In this document: positions 1 to 8,867 of the stretch, one piece after another
Layout: every line of letters starts with the position of its first letter
Numbering within the stretch: position 1 is the stretch's first letter
IMG/VR virus record: IMGVR_UViG_3300050821_022567
Span: 5,764-69,763 of that record
DNA length: 64,000 nt
Source of the DNA: a virus
Strand: one strand, 5' to 3'
The notes under the pieces: model-generated
What the model was told of the DNA's origin: nothing
The model's database searches: none
What the model saw: the letters and a program-made list of their open reading frames with translations, nothing else
Made by a program: the position numbers and the translations under genes

Positions 1-128
1 GGGATCTCCGGTGTGAGGGACAGAGCGCGGCCTCCCCGTTCGAACGCGCCTATCGCGTTCTCAGGCTCGGTCCCCGCGCGGGGGTTCTTGCAGTGAAGGG
101 AGCGGGGCGCGCGAGGCGCCCCGTCGGT

Positions 129-3100
129 TCAGACGGCGACGTCGAGGGCGAGGTATTCCTTCGCCGCCTTGATGAGCTGCTGCTCGCTCATCCGGAGCAC
201 CATGGCCTGCGCCTCGCCGAGCGAGACCCGGCCCGTGCGCGCGATCGCATGGGAGAGCGCGACCTGATCGATCTTCACCTTCTCGGGGTCACCGACGCGG
301 GCGACCGTGGGCTCGCGGGTGTTGCCGCCGGCGACGATCGTGCGGCCGAGGTGTTGCTTGTCCTTCGGGACCTTCGGGTAGTACGCCGCGAACGCCGCCG
401 GGCAGTTCGTGCGGTACTCCGTCAGCTGGGCGCGCATCTCTTCCTTCGCGCCCTTCGTGTCGGAGTAGAAGGCGATCGCGTCGGTCACGTCCTGATCGAT
501 CGTGGCCTTCGCGTGCTCGTCGAGAAGGACCTGCTGGTCGGCCAGCTTCTTTCGAAGCGCCGTGAGCTCCGCATCCTGGAGCGAGAACTTCGTCGTCAGG
601 TCGGTCGCCGCCTTCTCGGCCGCGGCGCGCGCGGTCTTCTCCGCCGCGAGGTTCTGCTCGCTGAGCGTGAGCTTCTGGGTGACCTCGGAGAGGTCGGTGC
701 TCGCCTTGACGAGCTTGGTCTGAGTCTCGCTGAGGAGCGTCGTCACCTTGTTCTCATCGCTCATGGACATGTCTCCCGTGGATCCGTCGAGGTCGCCCTC
801 GTCGGAGGTGTTGAGGCCGTCGGGAGACCCGCCGGCGTGGTACTCGAGTTCGTGTTCGCGGATCGCCGCGTCGATGAGCTCTTGGACGATGTCGAACACG
901 CCCTCGTCCCACTTCGCCCCGGGGGGCGCGTTGACGAGGTCGCGGAGTCCAAAGCAGTACTTGGCGAGGCTCGTGCCCTGGTGCATCCCGTTCGGGTCAC
1001 CGCCGCACGCCGCGAACTTGTCGCGCAAATTGTCGAGGTGCTCGGAGCACTCCGCCGCCGGCGCGAGCTCGTGCAGACCGAAGATCTGTTTGATCTTCGG
1101 CATGTACTCGTGGCTTGCGTGCGCGAAGCCCGCGCGCGTAGACATGAGCGACAGCTGCCGCGGCGCGGGCGTCGTCGCCGTCTCCTTCTGGTTCTCGCTC
1201 GCGACGAGGCGCGCGAGGTCCAGGAACGGCTGGTTCGTGAGTCCCGCGGACGAGAGGCGCGCACCGATCGGCTCGCCCGTCACCTTGTCCTTCGCCCCAA
1301 ACCGGATCGCGGGCGAGATGCCCTGGTACTCGCCCGACCGGATGTAGCCGCGCGCCTTCTCGCCCCACGCGACGTGGCCCCAGAGGTGGCCGCGGTCGTC
1401 GAGCCGGAGGTCGTGGATCCAGCCGCACGCGGGCGTCCCGTCGACCGGGATGTTCCCCGAGGCCGGGTCCTGCTCGGACGCGTGGTTGAAGTCGATCGGG
1501 ATGTTGCGGTTCGGGTTCTTCGCTTTGTCGGCGTAGAAGTTCCGCACCATCTCGGCGAAGACGCCGGGGGTGAGATTGATGTCGCCGGCGGGGTGCCCCT
1601 TGTAGTGGCCGGGCGCGCCGAGCTCGATCCAAACCTTGCGGTCCGTCTCGGACATCTTCGCGGCGGCGATCGTCTCCTCGCTGAGAGAGATGATGTCGCC
1701 GATCGCGCGGGGTCCAAGCTGGCTCATGAGAGATCGCACGTGGATATGCCCGCCCTTTCCGAGCTCGCCGTGGATACGGACGCGCCCGCCGCCGGTCTTC
1801 TTCGGCGCGTACTTGGATTGGACGCCGAGCTCCCGCGCGCGCCGCGCGATGTTGCGCTTCGCCTCGCGGTACTTCGCGCCGCTGATCGCCCCCTTGCTCT
1901 TCTCGCCCTCGAGCCGCGCCGCCGCGTTGTGCACGTGGGTCGCGTCTTCGATCGGGTACTTCTTCTCCTTCGGGAGGGCGAAGTGCTCCTTCGGGATGCG
2001 CTTGCGAGCTTTGGCGGTGAGGACGCTCATCTGCTTGGGCTCGGTGGCGGGTCCACGGCGGTAGCGCGCGCTGCCGGAGGTGACGTGGACGTCGCCCGGG
2101 CCGATGTCGGCGAAGCCGTGCGCGAGGTCGAACGCCCCCAAGTCGAGGAGGTGCTTGACCGTCGCGCCGTACAGCCGCGCCTGCGCGAGGAGGTCGCCCG
2201 GCCGCATCCATGCGGTGCGCGTGTTCGGCTCAAGCGCCTGCGCGTCGCCGGTCCAGCCGCAAACCCGGAAGACGGAGACCTTGCGGCCGTCGGTCGGCGA
2301 CTTGATGTCGCAAACGTGGATGCACCCGGCGTTGACGCTGTTCGGGTCGGTCTTGAGCGCCAGCGCGGCAGCGATACCGGTCTCCTCGCGGAGTTCTCGG
2401 ATCGCCGCCTTCAGCGCGTCCTCTCCCGGATCGACGAGCCCGCCTGGGATCGCCATCTCGTGGGGCGGCTCCGGGCGGGAGACCGTGAGCACCTCCCCCT
2501 GGACGTTGACGACGATCGCGAGCGCGGCGTCGCCCTCGCGCCAGCGCCGTTCCTCTGCGTCGGAGAATGGCGCTCCCGCCGCGGCGTAATGTCGGTCGTA
2601 CGCGCGCTCGACGGCCGATTGCACCTGACCGATCCAAAGCGGACAGCTCGGATGATGCACGCCCGAGAAGACGCCGACGCCGCGCATCCCGAACGGCTTC
2701 TGACCATCGTGCCACGCGAAGTTCTTGCAGCGCCCGCAGGAGACCTGCTCGCGCGAATACTCGCCGAAGCCGCGCGTCGCCACGTTCGTGGGGTGCTCGT
2801 CGGTCGCTCCGCCCTCGTCGAACGGCTTCGACGGATCGGACCGGGACGTGTGGTGCTTCGACGAGCCCTTCTTCTGGGCGCTATGCAGATGCGTCCAGGG
2901 ACCCTCGGGGACCGGGACCTTGCAGATGAACGCGAGTACCGGCCTGCCGAGCAGCTCGCAGGCGAGCGTGCGGTGGTGACCGTCGATGATCTCCAGCTTC
3001 GGGTTGCCCGGCCGCTGGACGAGGACGACGGGCTTGTTCTTCTCGTCCGCGAGCTTCTTCGCGAAGTGAGCGACTTTGCCGTCGGTGCTGGCCGTCCACG

Positions 3101-3362
3101 AGTCGCGTGTGGAGAAGTCGATCTGGCTGAGATCGACTTCGACCGGACCGCGCCAGTGCCCCGCGAGCACCCACGCCAGGTCGCGCGCCGGATAGTCGTC
3201 GAGTAGCTGCTCGTAGACTACGCGCGCCGGATGCGCGTCGGGGCGCGCGTCCGCCATGAGGACGGCGCGGTGCTCATTCGCGAGCGCCCGCTCTTCGGCG
3301 CAGGCGACGAAGGTGTCGTCCGGCCACACGAGGGACGCGGCGACGATTTGCGGTCGCGTCAT
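129..3362 (-). CDS. Mu gpI-like prohead protease/scaffold polyprotein with N-terminal ParB/Srx-like, Nudix hydrolase and DUF6582-like domains
   Basis: ParB-like motif KPVVLVQRP..LEIIDGHHR; complete Nudix box GGLVDPGEDALKAAIRELREETGI; DUF6582-like RKRIPKEHFALPKEKKYPIEDATHVHNAAARL; Mu I protease motifs IPIDFNHAS, GWIHDL, WGEKARGYIRSGEYQGISP, AGLTNQPFL; C-terminal coiled-coil scaffold; lies downstream of the portal gene. Confidence 0.85.
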   Translation of the reverse strand: MTRPQIVAASLVWPDDTFVACAEERALANEHRAVLMADARPDAHPARVVYEQLLDDYPARDLAWVLAGHWRGPVEVDLSQIDFSTRDSWTASTDGKVAHFAKKLADEKNKPVVLVQRPGNPKLEIIDGHHRTLACELLGRPVLAFICKVPVPEGPWTHLHSAQKKGSSKHHTSRSDPSKPFDEGGATDEHPTNVATRGFGEYSREQVSCGRCKNFAWHDGQKPFGMRGVGVFSGVHHPSCPLWIGQVQSAVERAYDRHYAAAGAPFSDAEERRWREGDAALAIVVNVQGEVLTVSRPEPPHEMAIPGGLVDPGEDALKAAIRELREETGIAAALALKTDPNSVNAGCIHVCDIKSPTDGRKVSVFRVCGWTGDAQALEPNTRTAWMRPGDLLAQARLYGATVKHLLDLGAFDLAHGFADIGPGDVHVTSGSARYRRGPATEPKQMSVLTAKARKRIPKEHFALPKEKKYPIEDATHVHNAAARLEGEKSKGAISGAKYREAKRNIARRARELGVQSKYAPKKTGGGRVRIHGELGKGGHIHVRSLMSQLGPRAIGDIISLSEETIAAAKMSETDRKVWIELGAPGHYKGHPAGDINLTPGVFAEMVRNFYADKAKNPNRNIPIDFNHASEQDPASGNIPVDGTPACGWIHDLRLDDRGHLWGHVAWGEKARGYIRSGEYQGISPAIRFGAKDKVTGEPIGARLSSAGLTNQPFLDLARLVASENQKETATTPAPRQLSLMSTRAGFAHASHEYMPKIKQIFGLHELAPAAECSEHLDNLRDKFAACGGDPNGMHQGTSLAKYCFGLRDLVNAPPGAKWDEGVFDIVQELIDAAIREHELEYHAGGSPDGLNTSDEGDLDGSTGDMSMSDENKVTTLLSETQTKLVKASTDLSEVTQKLTLSEQNLAAEKTARAAAEKAATDLTTKFSLQDAELTALRKKLADQQVLLDEHAKATIDQDVTDAIAFYSDTKGAKEEMRAQLTEYRTNCPAAFAAYYPKVPKDKQHLGRTIVAGGNTREPTVARVGDPEKVKIDQVALSHAIARTGRVSLGEAQAMVLRMSEQQLIKAAKEYLALDVAV

Positions 3363-3482
3363 TAGGATGGCCCTCGCCGCTGGAATCGAACCAGCGCTAC
3401 GCTCCCCAGTCGTCCGCGCGCTTTCCTACCAATGAGCCCCGCGGGCGGCTGACGAGCCGCACCGAGCGCGAGGCTGGGGGGC

Positions 3483-4106
3483 TCACTGGATCGTCGAGTA
3501 GCAAGTGAGGATGCCCTGCGGCACGCCCACGCCCGTCGAGGTCTTCGTGATCGAGACGGTGATCTGGTCGCCCGGTGCGACGAACGCGCCCGTGACCGGC
3601 GGGATGACAACGTTCTGCCAGGCAAACCAGCTGCCCGTCGAAGGGGCGTCCGCCGCAGCGTCGAGCATGTTCGTCGTCGTGGACGCCGAGGCGATGAGCG
3701 TCGGGCCGACACCGCCGTCCGGGTTATTGCCCGGACGCTTGTAGACGTTCAGCGTCGCGTAGGTGGTCTGCGACGCCGTGAGCGCCGCGCTCGTCACGAA
3801 CTGGCACTGCGAGACGGGGATCGAGAGCGGTCCCGGTCCAATCCCGTCGACGGGGATCTCCGTAAGCGAACCGCCCGAGTCGGTCCCGTCCGCCCAGTTC
3901 TTGTTCCACTCGAAGAGCCCCTGCTCGACGACTTGGCTGCCGACCGAGTTGACGTAGTTCACGTCGAGCCCGAGCTTGTGACCCGAGGCGCTGGGCGGAG
4001 GCGTCGTCTGCGCCGGCGGATTGGCCGTCTGGCACGCGACGGAGCCGACGAGCACGGAGAGGCACACCGCCATCACGGAGCTGACCAGGATTCGGAACGG
4101 GTTCAT
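3483..4106 (-). CDS. Predicted lipoprotein/exported beta-rich protein inside the head module
   Basis: Basic N-terminus, hydrophobic stretch and lipobox-like GSVAC; GGAGGA RBS upstream; Thr/Ser/Gly-rich beta-strand body. Confidence 0.6.
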   Translation of the reverse strand: MNPFRILVSSVMAVCLSVLVGSVACQTANPPAQTTPPPSASGHKLGLDVNYVNSVGSQVVEQGLFEWNKNWADGTDSGGSLTEIPVDGIGPGPLSIPVSQCQFVTSAALTASQTTYATLNVYKRPGNNPDGGVGPTLIASASTTTNMLDAAADAPSTGSWFAWQNVVIPPVTGAFVAPGDQITVSITKTSTGVGVPQGILTCYSTIQ

Positions 4107-4132
4107 CGGAGTCCTCTTCGGTGGTGGGGCCG

Positions 4133-5887
4133 TTACTCGGCAGCCTGTTCGGTCTCACCCCGCACGGGGCGATCGGGTCGGTTGGGTCGGTCGCCAGACG
4201 TGGAGCCGGTCGGCTCGTCGTCCGGCTCGTCGTTTTCGTCGTCGGGGTTGTCCCCGCCCTCCGGCGGCTCGGTGCCGTCCGGAGAGGCAGGCGGCGTGGC
4301 AGGCGCGGCCGCCGTGAGCTTGATCGGCTCGTCGTCCTCGTCGTCCTTGTCGACCAGCTTCGCGCCTGCGCGCTCGGCCACGTCCTTTTTGGACCAGGGG
4401 ACGCCGACGCCGGCGAGCTTGATCGCGAGGTCCGCGAGCTCTTTCGCGGAGAGGTCCTCGTTCACGTTCAGACCGAGGCGAGGACAGAGCCGCTCCTCGC
4501 ATCCCGGCCAGTTGAGCCGCACGATCCACTTGACGAGGTCGCGCTCGAGCGAGTCGCAAACCGCCTTCGCGTCGTACGTCGAGAGCTTGAGCGTGCCGCG
4601 CTCGGCCACCTCGCTCGCGCTCCGCGCTCCCGTCTTCCCCGGCTGCGTCGTGTAGTCCTGCCCGAGCAGGCCCTTCGACATCTGCCCGTCGAGGAACGAG
4701 ATAAACTTCTCCGCGTCCATCGTGGACGCGCCCTTCAGGATCTCGATCTTGCAGGCGTCCGGAAGGACGGCGGAGTTCAGCGACCCGAGACCGAGCGCCT
4801 TCGTGGCCTCGTTGAGCCGCTGGATGTCGACCGTCGAGGCGGGGACCGGCGTGTCCTTCTCCTCGTCGCGGGAGAAGTAGCCGACGATGAGCGGGCGGAC
4901 CGTGCGCTCGAAGTCCTGCGCGACCGCGCGGACGACCATGCGCTTGAGCATCATGTAGGACGCGATGAAGCGTCCCTCGCCGTCGCGCGTCGGGTACTCG
5001 CCCGAGAGCGTCGGCGCGTGAATGATGAACTTCCCGGGGAAGTCCGCCATCCGCAGGCCGTACACGCCCGTTGTCGGTCCCATGTACGACATGCCAGGGC
5101 CGACGAGCCCCTGGTCCCAAACGTGGAGGTCCCACGTCGTGGGGTTCGAATAGTTGAGCCGACGCGAGTGGATCGAGTGGAGCCCGCGCGGGCGCCACAA
5201 GTCCGTCTTCGTCCACTCGATCTCCGATGCGGAGAGGCCGGTGATAATCCCCCAGGCCAGCTGGAAGAGCGCCTGCGACCACCGCGGGATCGCGGAGATC
5301 ATCGCCTCGACCTGCTTGGCGATCTCCTTCGCCTTCTCGAGGTCGGGGTCCCCGTCGGGGAGCGACGCCGGCAGGACCTGCAGCTTGCCGCAGGCGACGT
5401 TCAGGACGCGCTGTCGAGCGACCCCGTGCGCGTGCGGGTCGTGCTCGAAGAGCTCCGACAGAACGTCGACGAACTGGTACCGCAGCCCGTAGGTGCAGTT
5501 CCGAAACGTCGAGGCGAGGTAATTGAGGGAGAGGTTCCCTCCAATGACGATCGGCGTCCGATCGATGATCGGCGCCGGCGCGAGCAGGCGCTGCGCCGCC
5601 GACGACCCGTCCCCCCACTGCTCGTCGCGGGAGTAGCCTCCCGGGATGAGCGGCGCCGAGCCCTGGTTGGGCCAGCGGCGTCCGCTTCCGTCCGAGGCGC
5701 CACCGACGGCGACGGGGAGCTGCTCGCCGAGCGGGCCGTACGTGCCGCCGCGGAGATCGTTCGGGCTCTCCCGCGCCGTTTGGGCCGGGGCGGGGTTGGC
5801 GACGAGCGCGCCGGGCGCGGGCTCTGTCGCGAACAGCGTACCGAACCCGCCGAAGCCGGTCATGCCTTCGGTGTCGGAGTTCGGCAT
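4133..5887 (-). CDS. Portal protein, DUF935/Mu gp29 family
   Basis: LFEHDPHAHGVARQR, GLSASEIEW, QMSKGLLGQDYTT, ASEVAE, LVKWIVRLNW motifs; follows terL. Confidence 0.85.
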   Translation of the reverse strand: MPNSDTEGMTGFGGFGTLFATEPAPGALVANPAPAQTARESPNDLRGGTYGPLGEQLPVAVGGASDGSGRRWPNQGSAPLIPGGYSRDEQWGDGSSAAQRLLAPAPIIDRTPIVIGGNLSLNYLASTFRNCTYGLRYQFVDVLSELFEHDPHAHGVARQRVLNVACGKLQVLPASLPDGDPDLEKAKEIAKQVEAMISAIPRWSQALFQLAWGIITGLSASEIEWTKTDLWRPRGLHSIHSRRLNYSNPTTWDLHVWDQGLVGPGMSYMGPTTGVYGLRMADFPGKFIIHAPTLSGEYPTRDGEGRFIASYMMLKRMVVRAVAQDFERTVRPLIVGYFSRDEEKDTPVPASTVDIQRLNEATKALGLGSLNSAVLPDACKIEILKGASTMDAEKFISFLDGQMSKGLLGQDYTTQPGKTGARSASEVAERGTLKLSTYDAKAVCDSLERDLVKWIVRLNWPGCEERLCPRLGLNVNEDLSAKELADLAIKLAGVGVPWSKKDVAERAGAKLVDKDDEDDEPIKLTAAAPATPPASPDGTEPPEGGDNPDDENDEPDDEPTGSTSGDRPNRPDRPVRGETEQAAE

Positions 5888-5950
5888 TGGGGAGCGGTCT
5901 TCGTCGTGCGGGCTTGCCTCGCGCGGGCTCTACACCCGGCCCAAAGCGCC

Positions 5951-5980
5951 TGCGTGTTTCTGCGTGTCTCTGCGTCTTTT
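5951..5980 (-). repeat. Three phased 10-bp direct repeats (TGCGTGTTTC TGCGTGTCTC TGCGTCTTTT) upstream of the portal gene
   Basis: Read directly in the terL-portal intergenic gap; a similar triplet occurs at 22001-22030. Confidence 0.7.
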
Positions 5981-6034
5981 GCGGAATGCCGAATGCGTTC
6001 GACAGATCGCCGGCGCACGACGGATTCGCGTTTA

Positions 6035-7642
6035 CTAACGCTCGGCTAGCGGCGATTCGTAGAGCTGAATCGGGTCCTCCAATTCAGTTTCGTCGTCATC
6101 GCCCGCGAAGCCGCGCTTGCGCCCCTGCCAGATCGACAGCGCGAGCGAGTCGGCGAGGTCCGGGCTGCGCCCGATGCGGCTCTTCACGTCGTCTTTCGAC
6201 TCGACTTGGTAGCGGCCACGCGCGTCGAACGTGTACGTCGGGTCGAGAAGTTCCTGCTCAAGGGCCGGCTGCGCGTCGAGGACCCCCTCCTCGTCCAGCC
6301 ATTCCTGGACCCCGATCGCCAGCTGCGACCGTAGATTGTGGAAGCGCGAGTCGTCGTCCGCACGCTCGGAGACGTTGACCTCAATGACCGTGATGGTGAA
6401 CCCCTTGGGGACGAGTCCCCGCCGGCGGCGATCGTTGGCCACCTTTCGGAACTCGCGCGCCGTCCGTCGAAGTTGGTCGGCGACCCCGCCACCGACGCCG
6501 ATGACGTCGATCTTGACGTGGACCTCCTCGCCGTCGAACGCGTGCTCGCGCGCGACCGCGACGACGCGCGACGCGACCGAGACCGTGTCGCGCCGGTCGA
6601 ACCCGTCGGCGTCCTTCCTGCCCTCGGCGCTCGGGTCCTTGCCGATCATGACGTGCGGGTAGACGCGGGGGCCGCGGCGGGGGGTGATGACCGACTTGTC
6701 GTCGCCGAAGCGCGCGACGTCGACGCCGAGGTCGAGGTCGTATTCGCTGCGCCAACGCTCCTCGTCCTCCGGGGTCGCCGCGGCCGCTCGCGCCGTCGCC
6801 TTCTCGAGCGTGACGAGCGAGACGACGTTGTTCGCGCCGCTCGCGGGGAAGTTCCCCAGTACGCGGACCTGATAGCTGAGGCTGTCACGGCCCCACTGCT
6901 CGAGTCGGCGCCGCGTGAATTCCTTGTCCGCAAGGCCCTTGATCCCGGTCTCGGATGCCTCCTCCCCCGAGAGGGTGAAGAGCTTGAAGAACTGCCGCTC
7001 CGCGTGGAACGCCCGGTAGAACCGCCCGCTCGTCCGGGTCGGGTTGCTCGACATTACGAGGCGCGCCTTGCCGGCGCGGTTCCCCTCGATGGCCTCGAAC
7101 ATCGGGTCGCCAATGCCGCTGGCCTCGTCGGCAAGCCAGAGCATCTCGGGCGACGAGATGCCGGCCATCGCCTCCGGTTTCGCCTTGGCGAGCCCCTTCG
7201 CTTCGCGTCCATCCGCGAAGCGAAGCCCGGTGCGGTGGTCGATCGCGAGCTCGCCGCCGAGGAGCGCGCGGACGCGCGGCGTATAGAGCCGCGTCATCTC
7301 CTTCCAGAGCGTGTCGCGGATCGAGTCGTCCGTCGCCGACGTCATGATGACGCGGGCGCGTTTACGCGTGGCGACGAACCAGAGCGCCGCGCAGATGAGC
7401 AGCGTCGTCTTGCCGGTCTTCTGCCCGCTCTTGATCGCGACGTCGAGGTTGTCGCGGATCGCTTCGAGGATCTCGGCCTGGCGGTGCCAGAGCGTGACCC
7501 CGAGGATATCGCGCGCGAACCCGACCGGGTCGTCGTAGTACTTCGCGAAGAGCTCGGGCCCCTTCACTTGTCGCGCGGCGCGACGCTTCGCGGCCACCCG
7601 CGCGAAGGTCGGCTTTGGGCTGAACGTCGTCCTCGTTCGCAT
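6035..7642 (-). CDS. terL: Terminase large subunit
   Basis: Walker A SGQKTGKT, Walker B LWLADEAS, coupling motif SSNP, RNase H nuclease motifs LGVDVARFGDD and RSPDLADSL. Confidence 0.93.
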   Translation of the reverse strand: MRTRTTFSPKPTFARVAAKRRAARQVKGPELFAKYYDDPVGFARDILGVTLWHRQAEILEAIRDNLDVAIKSGQKTGKTTLLICAALWFVATRKRARVIMTSATDDSIRDTLWKEMTRLYTPRVRALLGGELAIDHRTGLRFADGREAKGLAKAKPEAMAGISSPEMLWLADEASGIGDPMFEAIEGNRAGKARLVMSSNPTRTSGRFYRAFHAERQFFKLFTLSGEEASETGIKGLADKEFTRRRLEQWGRDSLSYQVRVLGNFPASGANNVVSLVTLEKATARAAAATPEDEERWRSEYDLDLGVDVARFGDDKSVITPRRGPRVYPHVMIGKDPSAEGRKDADGFDRRDTVSVASRVVAVAREHAFDGEEVHVKIDVIGVGGGVADQLRRTAREFRKVANDRRRRGLVPKGFTITVIEVNVSERADDDSRFHNLRSQLAIGVQEWLDEEGVLDAQPALEQELLDPTYTFDARGRYQVESKDDVKSRIGRSPDLADSLALSIWQGRKRGFAGDDDETELEDPIQLYESPLAER

Positions 7643-7666
7643 GATGGCCGCGCCCGCGGCGCGAGG

Positions 7667-8419
7667 TCACTCGGCGGCGTTCGCGGAATCGCCCTCTTCC
7701 GTCGCGATGATCGCCGACTCCACGAGGTCGTAGAGCTCCGGCGGCAGCTTCTTCTCGAGCTTCTCGAGGAGCTGCTCCATCTCCTTCTCGAGCTTCACGT
7801 TCACCACTTGCTGCGGCGCAAACTCGTCGGGGTAGAGGCGCTCCAGCACCGTGAGCTCCGCCTTCCAATCACGGTCCCCACTGTTGAGGACCCCTTTGCG
7901 GATGCGCTCGATGGCCTGCTTCTTGTAACGCGCGCGCGCATACGTGAGGGCTTCTCCAAAATCGGAGTAGCGGGCGTCGCCCTCGCGCCCCTTCTGGAGC
8001 CACTCGGACAACGTCGCCTGCGAGATCCCGTTCGCCTCCGCGGCGATGGCAAACGTCGCCCCTTCTTCCACGTCCTTCAGCAGAGACTCGCGCAGCTCCG
8101 CGGTGAACATCGACGGCCGCCCGCGCCTGCTCTTTGCGGCTGGTTTGGCTTCGCCGCAGGTAGTCGGCGCCTTCTTCTTGGACACCTTTGCGGGCGCCAC
8201 GGTGGTTGTCGCAGTCGTTTCGGTCGCCAGCGGCGGTTTCGACGACTTCGAGCGGTTGTCGCTCTTCGCCGCTCCTGAGGTCCTCAGGTACTTCGTGACG
8301 GCGGCTTTCGAGACCTGGACGCCGCGTTCCTTCGCGCACCATTCCGCGATGATGCGGTGCGATTCGCCTGCGTCCGCTTTGGCCCGAATCTCCTTCCCGA
8401 GGCTCTCGGTGATCTTCAT
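7667..8419 (-). CDS. terS: Terminase small subunit (N-terminal HTH, Lys-rich linker, second HTH)
   Basis: GRPSMFT..AAEANGISQATLSEWLQKG HTH and DWKAELTVLERLYPDEF; directly upstream of terL. Confidence 0.8.
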   Translation of the reverse strand: MKITESLGKEIRAKADAGESHRIIAEWCAKERGVQVSKAAVTKYLRTSGAAKSDNRSKSSKPPLATETTATTTVAPAKVSKKKAPTTCGEAKPAAKSRRGRPSMFTAELRESLLKDVEEGATFAIAAEANGISQATLSEWLQKGREGDARYSDFGEALTYARARYKKQAIERIRKGVLNSGDRDWKAELTVLERLYPDEFAPQQVVNVKLEKEMEQLLEKLEKKLPPELYDLVESAIIATEEGDSANAAE

Positions 8420-8430
8420 GGCGTCCTCAG

Positions 8431-8459
8431 AGACTACTTCGCCGACTACCGTTCGTCAC
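8431..8459 (-). promoter_or_regulatory. Putative sigma70-type promoter for terS (GTGACG-17-TAGTCT)
   Basis: Minus-strand hexamers at 17-bp spacing, ending 11 nt before the terS ATG. Confidence 0.4.
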
Positions 8460-8490
8460 GTGTCCGATGACTTTGGACACCGCGACCCGG

Positions 8491-8555
8491 AAGAAATCGA
8501 CACGTCCAATCCGATCACCCCTTGCATGATTCAATCATGGTGATAGATTGATTGG
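8491..8555 (+). promoter_or_regulatory. Rightward promoter P1: TTGCAT-16-TAGATT (extended -10) with operator palindrome CATGATT-C-AATCATG
   Basis: -35 at 8522-8527, TGn-TAGATT with the hexamer at 8544-8549, perfect inverted repeat 8525-8539; GTG at 8556 suggests a leaderless mRNA; homologous to 10200-10265. Confidence 0.7.
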
Positions 8556-8864
8556 GTGAGCGACGAGGAAGTCGCCGCGGCGAAGGGAGAAGGGGTCATG
8601 GCAATGGTTGGAATGGTTACTGCGGAGCTTGTTGTGACGAAGGTGGGGGCGATCGAGTCGCGGGCGAAGGCTCTCCTCGAGAGCGCTGTCGGACGCCCCT
8701 GCGTCCGAGTGGAGATTGGGCTCACCTCCGTCACCACCGAGTGGCTGACGGCGGAGGACGCGGCACGCGCGGCCGTCTTCTTCGGGTCGGAGATGCGCCG
8801 GGCGACCCGGCTCTCCTACGACGCGGTGAACGGGTGGACATGCGAAGCGACGGAGGGGTTCTGA
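8556..8864 (+). CDS. Hypothetical protein
   Basis: ORF starts at the predicted +1 of P1; first gene of the plus-strand block. Confidence 0.6.
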   Translation: MSDEEVAAAKGEGVMAMVGMVTAELVVTKVGAIESRAKALLESAVGRPCVRVEIGLTSVTTEWLTAEDAARAAVFFGSEMRRATRLSYDAVNGWTCEATEGF

Positions 8865-8867
8865 GCC

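Noticed and set aside
93-3206. 1037-aa plus-strand ORF and similar long antisense ORFs (4121-6049, 6338-8278, 31043-33019, 60641-61960)
   Set aside because: Shadow frames of high-GC genes on the opposite strand; Arg/Leu/Val-rich with no motifs, while the minus frames carry clear family signatures
8511-8520. CCGATCACCC shared with 47658-47667
   Set aside because: Short GC-rich 10-mer that also occurs in coding DNA (complement near 44191); too weak on its own
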